The notes under the pieces: model-generated
The model's input: only the letters and a program-made list of their open reading frames with translations
Database searches by the model: none
What the model was told of the DNA's origin: nothing
Part shown: one piece after another, positions 18,439 to 25,585 of the stretch
Position numbering within the stretch: the stretch's first letter is position 1
How the letters are laid out: every line of letters starts with the position of its first letter
DNA from: Neisseria perflava
GTDB lineage: Bacteria > Pseudomonadota > Gammaproteobacteria > Burkholderiales > Neisseriaceae
Direction: 5' to 3'
DNA length: 32,000 nt
Assembly: GCF_019334725.1 (NCBI RefSeq)
Contig: NZ_CP079818.1
Location: 137,793-169,792, forward strand
Made by a program: the position numbers and the translations under genes

Positions 18439-18448
18439 TATAAATTCG

Positions 18449-19405
18449 TTAAACCGTCTGATGTCGCGCTTTATCAAACGGCTTTTTAGTCTTGTGTATA
18501 TAAAAGGCGATTTTTGCCAATTTCCGCATTAGTGCAACGATGATTATCATCTTAGGCTTTTTTGCCGCTTCCAAATTTCTGACAAGTTGAGGAAATGCAT
18601 TCATGCGGTAGGCAACAAGGGCAGGCATAAACAAGGCGCGTTTTAATTGTCGGTGTCCGTATCGGCTCAATCTGCCTTTTTTATTGACACTTGTCCCTGA
18701 TTGTTCAATTTTTGGACTTAGGCCGGCAAAGGCTACAAATTTATTCGCTGTTTCAAAATTTTTATCTGTAAGGTGTCTTAGTAGGATCACTGCGGTTTCT
18801 TTTCCTATTGCCGGGATAGTTTGAAGGTTTTGATATTCGATATTTAGACTTTCTTTCTGCTTTATCATGCCTTCTATCCGCTTTGATGTCTGATCTATTT
18901 TTTCTTCAAGCAGTTCTATGATTGCTTCATGGGTTGATTTTATGTATATGTCTTTTGCGGTATGCAGCCTGTTTTGTGTTTCTTTTTGCTGCTCTTTTAG
19001 TTGTTGCAGCAAATTAACCAGCTTATAGAGTATGGGATTTTCAGACGGCCTAAACGGTGTCAGTTTGTCTAAATGGCGGTTTGCAAATTCGGCGATAAGT
19101 TTTGAATCTGCTTTGTCTGTTTTAGTATGGCTAAACTGACTTTTTGCATATTCTTTGATTTTTAAGGGATTAATAACAAAGATCGTATATAGCGCGCTCA
19201 AATATTCTGCCGCCTGTTCATAGTAAATGCCTGTTGCTTCCATACTTATGGCAATTTTTCTAATTCGTTTTGTTTTTATCCAATTAATCAGATTCTCAAA
19301 TCCTTCTGTATTATTGGATATTTTTATATAGTCTTTGCTTCCTTTAGTTGTAATCAATGTTACGTCTATCGTGTCTTTAGATACGTCCAACCCTATTACA
19401 TTCAT
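18449..19405 (-). CDS. IS110-family (Piv/MooV, DEDD) transposase/recombinase
   Basis: MNVIGLDVSKDTIDV ... ISMEATGIYYE (N-terminal DEDD RuvC-like motifs) and C-terminal LQTIPAIGKETAVILL...FAGLSPKIEQSGTSV...GRLSRYGHRQLKRALFMPA (the IS110 C-terminal domain with conserved Ser); 318 aa. Confidence 0.9.
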   Translation of the reverse strand: MNVIGLDVSKDTIDVTLITTKGSKDYIKISNNTEGFENLINWIKTKRIRKIAISMEATGIYYEQAAEYLSALYTIFVINPLKIKEYAKSQFSHTKTDKADSKLIAEFANRHLDKLTPFRPSENPILYKLVNLLQQLKEQQKETQNRLHTAKDIYIKSTHEAIIELLEEKIDQTSKRIEGMIKQKESLNIEYQNLQTIPAIGKETAVILLRHLTDKNFETANKFVAFAGLSPKIEQSGTSVNKKGRLSRYGHRQLKRALFMPALVAYRMNAFPQLVRNLEAAKKPKMIIIVALMRKLAKIAFYIHKTKKPFDKARHQTV

Positions 19406-19554
19406 TTCATTTTCCTTATTTATTCAGCCTGTAATGGCTATGATGATATTCAATCTTTAGGATGGTCAGACGATTCGGCATTTCTTTTCCTCAATTTTAG
19501 CTTTGGTCGACTTGCTGCCTAAACCGCCCGGGCTTTTATTTTGCGCTTAAACAA

Positions 19555-19594
19555 AAACCTGTAAACCGCCTCAAATAAAACGATTTACAGGTTT
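19555..19594. other. Stem-loop with 11 bp perfect stem (AAACCTGTAAA - 18 nt loop - TTTACAGGTTT) in the non-coding region upstream of the recombinase gene
   Basis: Read directly from the sequence. It lies in the 296 nt gap between the Zot stop and the recombinase start. Confidence 0.8.
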
Positions 19595-19615
19595 CAATTT
19601 AATTTACCCAATTTC

Positions 19616-19636
19616 AAAAAGGCGGGAGTTCCCGCA
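19616..19636 (-). terminator. GC-rich hairpin plus T5 on the - strand, terminator of the phage structural operon
   Basis: The - strand reads GCGGGAACTCCCGC C TTTTT, about 65 nt after the Zot stop codon. Confidence 0.6.
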
Positions 19637-19701
19637 CCCCATTGATATTTATTTAACCGTTGATTCCGCTTAGGCTACATCAACAATTAAATAAATATCT
19701 C

Positions 19702-20880
19702 TTAACTGCCGACCTTTGCACCATTTTGGAAGCCTGTTTTTTCGCCTGCTTCAACATAACCGTCATACATCAGGTTTTGAGGGCTTTTACCGCCCATTGT
19801 AAGAACTTGTCCATTTTCAGGCGTGTAAGCTGTCTGCGGTGCTGTTTGTGTCTGTTGTACGGTGTGCTGTTCATCCTTATAGGGATTGAAAGGAAGGCCA
19901 TTTTTCACGTAATCCTTGCACATGGCTTTAGTAACTTCTTTTAGCGGCGTGCCTTGGGCGCTGTAACAAGTACAGCCACTATTACCACCTTCAACGCAAC
20001 CGGCAATATATTCAAACGTTTTAACTTGTCTTACATTGTCATAAATGGGTTTACTTTCAGGTTTTTCAGCTAGAGTAGGTACAAAATCTTCAGGCTTAAG
20101 ATTTGAATTTATATCTTGTGGACTTTTAGATTGATCAGTTTCATTGATTGCCTGCGGTTCACTTGCAGACGAATCAGAAACAGATTGAACTACTTCAGAT
20201 TGTCCGCTACCTTGTTTATAAATCTGATAGACGTTGTAACCTTTCCAAGCCATAAAGGCAAAAATAGCTACTAAAGCCCAAACAGCAAGCGGAATGTTCT
20301 TTTTAAACTTCTGATGTTGGCTGGATGATTTGTAATATTTAAACGCTTCTTTTGGCGGCTTCCAGCTTGATGATTCAACGCCTGTTACTGCGGCAGGATT
20401 ATCTAGACTGGTAACGCATTTGTACCAGGTATATTGCTTCATACCTACTGCTTTACGCTCAAGGTGCGTATGTTTTGACACGAGATTACGTACAAATACG
20501 TCAAGCTGACTTGGGTGCTGGGTCATCAAAATAACCGTATGGCCGTAATGGCGGAGTTCGGTTAATTCTTGGATATATGGCGGAACAGGACGACCGGCAG
20601 CACGAACAGGATAGGTATAGTGAGCTTCATCAACAATCAAGACGGCACCTTGCGGAATAATATCTCGCAACGGTGCAGACATGATTTCTTCTTCAGTAAG
20701 TTCATGCGCGTTAAATTTTCGTTTATCCAAACCGTCAATATGGCAGAAATAAAGCGGACGATCGACTTCCGTACCGTCTTCAAGCTTCATTTTAAATAAG
20801 CCGTCTTCGTTGTTCAGAATCATGGACACGACGCGCGATGTTTTGCCAGTACCCATATTCCCAGTAAATAAATAAATCAT
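19702..20880 (-). CDS. Zot-family assembly ATPase (filamentous phage pI)
   Basis: MIYLFTGNMGTGKTSRVV Walker A, LIVDEAH Walker B, a central TM helix (IPLAVWALVAIFAFMAW) and a C-terminal periplasmic domain. This is the Zot/pI architecture. Confidence 0.85.
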   Translation of the reverse strand: MIYLFTGNMGTGKTSRVVSMILNNEDGLFKMKLEDGTEVDRPLYFCHIDGLDKRKFNAHELTEEEIMSAPLRDIIPQGAVLIVDEAHYTYPVRAAGRPVPPYIQELTELRHYGHTVILMTQHPSQLDVFVRNLVSKHTHLERKAVGMKQYTWYKCVTSLDNPAAVTGVESSSWKPPKEAFKYYKSSSQHQKFKKNIPLAVWALVAIFAFMAWKGYNVYQIYKQGSGQSEVVQSVSDSSASEPQAINETDQSKSPQDINSNLKPEDFVPTLAEKPESKPIYDNVRQVKTFEYIAGCVEGGNSGCTCYSAQGTPLKEVTKAMCKDYVKNGLPFNPYKDEQHTVQQTQTAPQTAYTPENGQVLTMGGKSPQNLMYDGYVEAGEKTGFQNGAKVGS

Positions 20881-20889
20881 AACGCTACC

Positions 20890-21180
20890 TTACCTTGGCA
20901 TAATAAAAGTTAATTTATTCAATGTATTCATTCCAATATAAAAGCTGAATGCGCCGAATAAATAACCGAGGCCTTGGCCAAAACCACCGATTAAAAGTAA
21001 ATTTAGAATATCAGACGGCATAGAATTTATGGCATTCAAGGTGTAATCTTTAAATTTATTTAGCGCAATAATATAGCCTGCATATGTTACAAACGTCATG
21101 CCAGTAGCAATAATTATTCTGACAATTAGCATTTTGAGCAAAATTGCCAATAAAGGTATAAGACCTGCAAGTAATGGCAT
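20890..21180 (-). CDS. Small polytopic membrane protein, pVI-like minor coat protein by position
   Basis: 96 aa with 3 hydrophobic helices, located between the pIII-like and pI-like genes as gene VI is in Ff phages. Positional inference only. Confidence 0.5.
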   Translation of the reverse strand: MPLLAGLIPLLAILLKMLIVRIIIATGMTFVTYAGYIIALNKFKDYTLNAINSMPSDILNLLLIGGFGQGLGYLFGAFSFYIGMNTLNKLTFIMPR

Positions 21181-21189
21181 AAGTACCTC

Positions 21190-22665
21190 TTATTTCCTCA
21201 AAGACCCAAAAACAATAAAAGCTGACATGATAATGAATCCGAGCAGAACAGCAAAACGGACTTTTTCCATGAAAACGCAGAGCGGTTCATAGCTGATTTG
21301 TACCGGCTTTCCCCAAATGTTGAAACTTTTGGGTTGAGGACAAACGCCATTTGGCGGTAGGAAATCGTCTGACGACCATGTCCTATCATCGGTAGTTTGA
21401 GGAATACTTATAGCGTCAAACATTCCCTCTTCAGGCTTGCCCATTTTGTCACAGGCTAAAATATCTGGAAAAAAATCACAAAGTAAGCCTTTTGATTCTT
21501 CTTTCTTGTCATCTTTTTTATCTTCTTTTCTTTTATCTTTATCAGATGGATCATCATCCGGATCAGGTTTATCATCTGGACGTTTATCAGGCTTATCATC
21601 TGAATCGGGTTTATCATCATGTTTTTTATCGGGCTTTCCATCGGGATTAGGATTAGGATCTGGATCAGGCTTGGTATTGGGTGCTTCAGATCCGCCCGGT
21701 GTTAAATCAGGACGTTGAGTTGTAGCAACATTAGCGGTCGTATTGCCGTTTGAATCTTGACCGAAAGTAATTGTAATTTGCACCGGCTTGCCGTTTTCGG
21801 GTGTGAAAGGGCCAATGGTTACGACTGTACCGGCAGGGACTTTGATATTTTCTTTGTATTCAGGTTTACCAGCGCCTTCAACAAAGGGGGTAGGATTACG
21901 GTCAATTGAAGAGGTAGCAATTTGGAGAAATTTATCTTCATCAAGAAATTCTCTATGTAACCCTTTTTGTGGAGCATAAAAAAATCTTGTACCACTACTA
22001 ATTTGACAAGAAACACCTTCAGACCAAAAACAAAATTGAAAATGGGCATCTGGATATCTTTTTTCTTTTATTTTTGGGAAAACATTTTTGAAATCTTTTT
22101 CAACCTGCATAATAAGAAGCTGCTGAGCTTCCTTTTCACTTTTACCTCCTAAAGACAAAGCACGAACAACAGATGAATCAACACCTACACAGGATTGGAT
22201 AACAGGGTCATCTTGACATAATGCATCCGCGTAAGCTTTTAAAAATTCTTTAGAACTTTCATCATACTTATAACCTTCAGATTCAAGATCAGATTTAACA
22301 GCTTGATAAGCTTCGTAAGCAAAATAAGCAGCTGTACCCCAACCGCTTAAACGAGAACCTAAAGCTGCGCCACTTTTTACAAGTTTAAATGCGCCTGAAA
22401 GAACGGCTTTTCGGGATACTTGGGCTTCAACAGTTGCACTTACAGTTTGTTTTGACAAATAGCCTTCATATCTAGCCTTCATTGCCTCGGTTTGGAATTT
22501 TCTATACGAATTATCAGATACAGAACGCGCCCACGGTTTTTTATCCCAATGTTCAGTATGTTGTTTTGTATAAGTAATATTCTTTGAATTATTAACTTGA
22601 ATTTCGCCAGCAATAGCAAAGCTAGAAGTAAATAAAACTAATAACGGAATGATAAATTTATTCAT
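21190..22665 (-). CDS. pIII-like adsorption / minor coat protein (signal peptide, low-complexity linker, C-terminal anchor)
   Basis: Signal peptide MNKFIIPLLVLFTSSFAIAG, a Pro/Asp/Lys low-complexity linker (aa 318-392), C-terminal TM FAVLLGFIIMSAFIVFGSLRK; 491 aa. Its position is equivalent to gene III (and to TspB/ORF6 of meningococcal Nf prophages, from memory). Confidence 0.65.
   Translation of the reverse strand: MNKFIIPLLVLFTSSFAIAGEIQVNNSKNITYTKQHTEHWDKKPWARSVSDNSYRKFQTEAMKARYEGYLSKQTVSATVEAQVSRKAVLSGAFKLVKSGAALGSRLSGWGTAAYFAYEAYQAVKSDLESEGYKYDESSKEFLKAYADALCQDDPVIQSCVGVDSSVVRALSLGGKSEKEAQQLLIMQVEKDFKNVFPKIKEKRYPDAHFQFCFWSEGVSCQISSGTRFFYAPQKGLHREFLDEDKFLQIATSSIDRNPTPFVEGAGKPEYKENIKVPAGTVVTIGPFTPENGKPVQITITFGQDSNGNTTANVATTQRPDLTPGGSEAPNTKPDPDPNPNPDGKPDKKHDDKPDSDDKPDKRPDDKPDPDDDPSDKDKRKEDKKDDKKEESKGLLCDFFPDILACDKMGKPEEGMFDAISIPQTTDDRTWSSDDFLPPNGVCPQPKSFNIWGKPVQISYEPLCVFMEKVRFAVLLGFIIMSAFIVFGSLRK
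21490..21714 (-). repeat. Low-complexity coding repeat region (KPD/DDKPD units) in the pIII-like gene
   Basis: Translation: RPDLTPGGSEAPNTKPDPDPNPNPDGKPDKKHDDKPDSDDKPDKRPDDKPDPDDDPSDKDKRKEDKKDDKKEESK. The DNA shows reiterated GGTTTATCATC/GGCTTATCATC units. Confidence 0.8.
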
Positions 22666-22966
22666 TTTTAACTTTTATTTTCTCTATTTTCTTATTCTCT
22701 ATGGATTCATTTAAATCAGACATAAACTTAACCATATCAGGATCTTTAGGGCTTGGTTTTTTTGGAATTGTATTCATTAAATAAAAGTCATCATTATCAG
22801 AAAATTTAATATTAGATTTAGATTTTTTTTGAATAAAACCTAATAAATTAATAACTAGATACAATGCCATAATTGAATATCTAATTTCATTAGGAATAAA
22901 AATAATATTTAAAAAATGAAATGTATATATAATAAAAAAAACAAGATTAAAAATTCTAATAAACAT
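22658..22966 (-). CDS. Hypothetical small membrane protein, very AT-rich (phage accessory gene candidate)
   Basis: 102 aa with two N-terminal hydrophobic helices and a charged C-terminal tail. Its stop overlaps the pIII-like start by 8 nt. I recognise no family. Confidence 0.5.
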   Translation of the reverse strand: MFIRIFNLVFFIIYTFHFLNIIFIPNEIRYSIMALYLVINLLGFIQKKSKSNIKFSDNDDFYLMNTIPKKPSPKDPDMVKFMSDLNESIENKKIEKIKVKNE

Positions 22967-23025
22967 AATGCTAACTTTCGTAATTTTTGCTGAAAGTTAG
23001 ATTTTGCCATTACCCGAATAGGGTA

Positions 23026-23097
23026 TCAATCCTTAAATAAAATCGCCCCTATCAAAACAGGTACCGCCAGCCCCAAGTAAAAATAGTAATCCATCAT
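23026..23097 (-). CDS. Candidate 23-aa hydrophobic peptide (pVII/pIX-like), translationally coupled
   Basis: Hand translation gives ATG ATG GAT TAC TAT TTT TAC TTG GGG CTG GCG GTA CCT GTT TTG ATA GGG GCG ATT TTA TTT AAG GAT TGA, which is MMDYYFYLGLAVPVLIGAILFKD. Its ATG overlaps the TGA of the upstream 91-aa ORF (ATGA). It is too short for the ORF track. Confidence 0.4.
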   Translation of the reverse strand: MMDYYFYLGLAVPVLIGAILFKD

Positions 23098-23369
23098 CTA
23101 AGAACCCTTTTCAAAATGGATACGAAATACACAGCGGCCATCACGCCGAATAAAAGCCAGCCTGTTTCCAAACCGCTTTTCAAATTGTCACTTGGATCGC
23201 ATTTTGGCAAATCGGCTTTAATCGTCTGTCCGTTCAGTTTCCATAATGTGCCGTTGTATTCAGGTTTGATGATTTTGCCGTCTTGGGTTATTTGAGGTAC
23301 TACCAAGCTGAAATAGACGTTTTCAGCTTGGCTTTGCTCAAGACATTTATTCCCGACTTGGTAGTACAT
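23094..23369 (-). CDS. Coat-protein paralogue: 64-aa N-terminal domain fused to a major-coat-like C-terminal anchor
   Basis: The C-terminus GLETGWLLFGVMAAVYFVSILKRVLR aligns with the coat C-terminus GLEAGWLVVGVFAALFVIAIVKRLLR of the preceding gene. There is no obvious signal peptide. Confidence 0.6.
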   Translation of the reverse strand: MYYQVGNKCLEQSQAENVYFSLVVPQITQDGKIIKPEYNGTLWKLNGQTIKADLPKCDPSDNLKSGLETGWLLFGVMAAVYFVSILKRVLR

Positions 23370-23381
23370 CTTAATTACCTA

Positions 23382-23600
23382 TTAGCGCAACAAGCGTTTA
23401 ACGATGGCAATCACGAACAGGGCGGCAAAGACGCCGACTACCAACCAACCTGCTTCGAGGCCGTCAGTTTTAGCGGCTTCAATAGATGATTTTGCACCTT
23501 CATCAAGAGCGGCGTAGGCTTGTGTAGCCAAAGCCAGGGGAGCAGCGGCAACAACGGCCAGTTTTGCGCCGTATTTACGGCAAGTGTTCATCAATTTCAT
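23382..23600 (-). CDS. Major coat protein (pVIII-like)
   Basis: 72 aa; signal peptide ...AAAPLALATQAYA|ALDEG. The mature form is about 42 aa with an acidic N-terminus, a hydrophobic core and a basic C-terminus KRLLR, which is the classical inovirus major coat layout. Confidence 0.8.
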   Translation of the reverse strand: MKLMNTCRKYGAKLAVVAAAPLALATQAYAALDEGAKSSIEAAKTDGLEAGWLVVGVFAALFVIAIVKRLLR

Positions 23601-23685
23601 GATGTTTTCCTTTACGAAATGTTTAAAAAAATGTGTTTGCGGGCTATGTGAAGGTTTTAGAGACCGCCCGCCGAGCCTCTTAAAC

Positions 23686-23889
23686 TTAATCTTCTTTTGT
23701 ATAAAAACTGAAAATTAAAAATTCTCCGCCGATTTCTTCAATCGCCGAATTGAAAGCATCTTCATAACTTTCATATTGCCCGGCAGATTTAATGTTAGGC
23801 GTGAAACCAATATCGCCGAATGGATCGGGATAGATGAATTCATGATTTTCGAGTTCTTGAACAATAAATTTTTGCTGATACTTACTCAT
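23686..23889 (-). CDS. Hypothetical phage protein (67 aa, acidic, soluble)
   Basis: An ORF tightly packed within the phage operon. I recognise no family. Confidence 0.5.
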   Translation of the reverse strand: MSKYQQKFIVQELENHEFIYPDPFGDIGFTPNIKSAGQYESYEDAFNSAIEEIGGEFLIFSFYTKED

Positions 23890-23902
23890 GATTCAGCCTT
23901 TC

Positions 23903-24214
23903 TTAGGCTTTGGGCGTTGCGCCTTTAACTTGGAAATCAAGCAATTTAGGAACAAGGCCTTTACCTGTTGATTCCATTGCTACGGTTACATCAACCGCGC
24001 ATGGGAATTTAAGATTTTTCAGCTTGTCGAAATTATGGCTATCGCCAAATTTCATGCTTGCTGCGGTAAAACCCACAGCATTGCCGTTTGACGGCATGGG
24101 GCTGGCTACCAAAACTGTGCAAGAATCGATTTTGTTACCGTCGATTTCGCCTTTAAATTGTTTTGCACCCAAAAGAGTTGCTGAATACGTGGTTACTTGG
24201 CTTTGCTCAAACAT
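23903..24214 (-). CDS. Probable ssDNA-binding protein (gene V analogue) by size and position
   Basis: 103 aa, immediately downstream of the Rep gene (12 nt gap), as gV/ssb is in inoviruses. Positional inference; no motif recognised. Confidence 0.45.
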   Translation of the reverse strand: MFEQSQVTTYSATLLGAKQFKGEIDGNKIDSCTVLVASPMPSNGNAVGFTAASMKFGDSHNFDKLKNLKFPCAVDVTVAMESTGKGLVPKLLDFQVKGATPKA

Positions 24215-24226
24215 TTTGAATTTCCT

Positions 24227-25585
24227 TTACTTGTTTAAAAAATTTGAAATAATTTTCTCTTCGAGTTCAATGTCTCGAATGTGTTGTTTTTCCCTGTCTT
24301 GTGGGAATGCGGTTTCTTTCTCATCAAGCAAATCATCAAGTAATGTTTGCATGTTCAAATCATCAATTGCTTTTTGCTCTTCGTGTATATACTGAATCTT
24401 TTGTGTCTGATCTCTACAGTCGTATTGTTCAGGTTGTAAACCTTTGGGATAACCTTCAATGCCTTTTACAAGTTCATCGACAATTTTTGTATCATCCCAG
24501 CCTATATCGCGGAGGAAATTAACCATCTTTCCAACCTGATTACGCGCATGGAACAGTTTATGATCGAAAGATAGATTTACTGTTTCTGTCTTGGCATCCA
24601 TCCGCTTGGATTCTGTTTTGAATATCGCCGTACATATCGGATAAGCACCACCAAGATACGAACCGGGATAAATCAAAACATCTAAGGGTATTTCTATATC
24701 GCCTGCCCGAAATTCAGTTTCAAACCTGACCCATGGACTGTTGACATCGCCGAATTGTTTTCCTTTCTCATAAACACGGGTAAATTTGGAATTTCCGCGT
24801 TTGCCTACATAAAAGGTTTTGCCGCTACCATCATCATTACGCCATGCAGTACCGCGGCATTCGCTTTTTGGCCTCATGTTATGAACGTCAAAATGACCGT
24901 TATCATGATCAAGTAATGCCTGATCGGGTGTGTATTCGCCGTTAAAGAAATCATGGGCGACGTCAACACGGGTAATTTTTGGACGTATGCACTTACTTAA
25001 AAACTCATACAGTCGGTTTTCCCAACCGGGTATAGCAGCCTGACAACCTGTACCATTCAATTCAACCAGCATTGTTTCTCGCTGACCGCCATAATGAACC
25101 TTGCCATATTCGACGTTATCCGGGCCAAGTTGGTAACAGCTTTTATAGAAAAACTTTCCTTTGAACGGTAGTTTTTGGGTAATGCCAAAACCTAAAATTT
25201 CTTCTAACAGCTCGCTATACTTCACAACAAATTCTGTATCTGAAACCAATCCTTTACCTGTTACTTTGGGCAAACTGTCTTCGTGAATCGTTAAAGTGAT
25301 TTGGTCAATAAATGCGCCGTCATCCCTTCCACGTCTTAACGGTATTTCGATGAATTTGCCTTTTCCATCCGATACAAAATGGCTGAAATATTCAAACTCA
25401 AAGTCTTGGTTATCCGATTTTTCCGCACCCTTCGGATTAGGGGTTTTATTTTGCTCCCCCCCTATTAGCCTAGGGGGGCAGCCTTCGGCGGTTGGCGCAG
25501 GATTGCCGTCCGCTAAAGCGGCCGCCATATCTGCGCCTACCGCCACGGCTTTATCTTCCCAAGATTTCACGGCTACATTCCTCAT
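24227..25585 (-). CDS. Rolling-circle replication initiation protein (phage Rep, Rep_trans/RstA-like)
   Basis: 452 aa; ITRVDVAHDFFNGEYTPDQ ... FYVGKRGNSKFTRVYEKG ... WVRFETEFR resemble the replication initiation factor family of filamentous phages (CTXphi RstA / Nf ORF1 type, from memory). It is the first large gene of the operon. Confidence 0.75.
   Translation of the reverse strand: MRNVAVKSWEDKAVAVGADMAAALADGNPAPTAEGCPPRLIGGEQNKTPNPKGAEKSDNQDFEFEYFSHFVSDGKGKFIEIPLRRGRDDGAFIDQITLTIHEDSLPKVTGKGLVSDTEFVVKYSELLEEILGFGITQKLPFKGKFFYKSCYQLGPDNVEYGKVHYGGQRETMLVELNGTGCQAAIPGWENRLYEFLSKCIRPKITRVDVAHDFFNGEYTPDQALLDHDNGHFDVHNMRPKSECRGTAWRNDDGSGKTFYVGKRGNSKFTRVYEKGKQFGDVNSPWVRFETEFRAGDIEIPLDVLIYPGSYLGGAYPICTAIFKTESKRMDAKTETVNLSFDHKLFHARNQVGKMVNFLRDIGWDDTKIVDELVKGIEGYPKGLQPEQYDCRDQTQKIQYIHEEQKAIDDLNMQTLLDDLLDEKETAFPQDREKQHIRDIELEEKIISNFLNK

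Noticed and set aside
19622-19635. GCGGGAGTTCCCGC palindrome as a degenerate dRS3-like attachment site
   Set aside because: It lacks the ATTCCC/GGGAAT arms and the 8 nt spacer of dRS3. On the - strand it is followed by T5 right after the Zot gene, so a simple intrinsic terminator explains it better.
23910-24395. 161-aa + strand ORF in the prophage, and other + ORFs at 20569-25604
   Set aside because: They are antisense to tightly packed - strand phage genes. I looked for a divergently transcribed repressor (as rstR in CTXphi), but none has an HTH-like sequence, an RBS or its own intergenic space.
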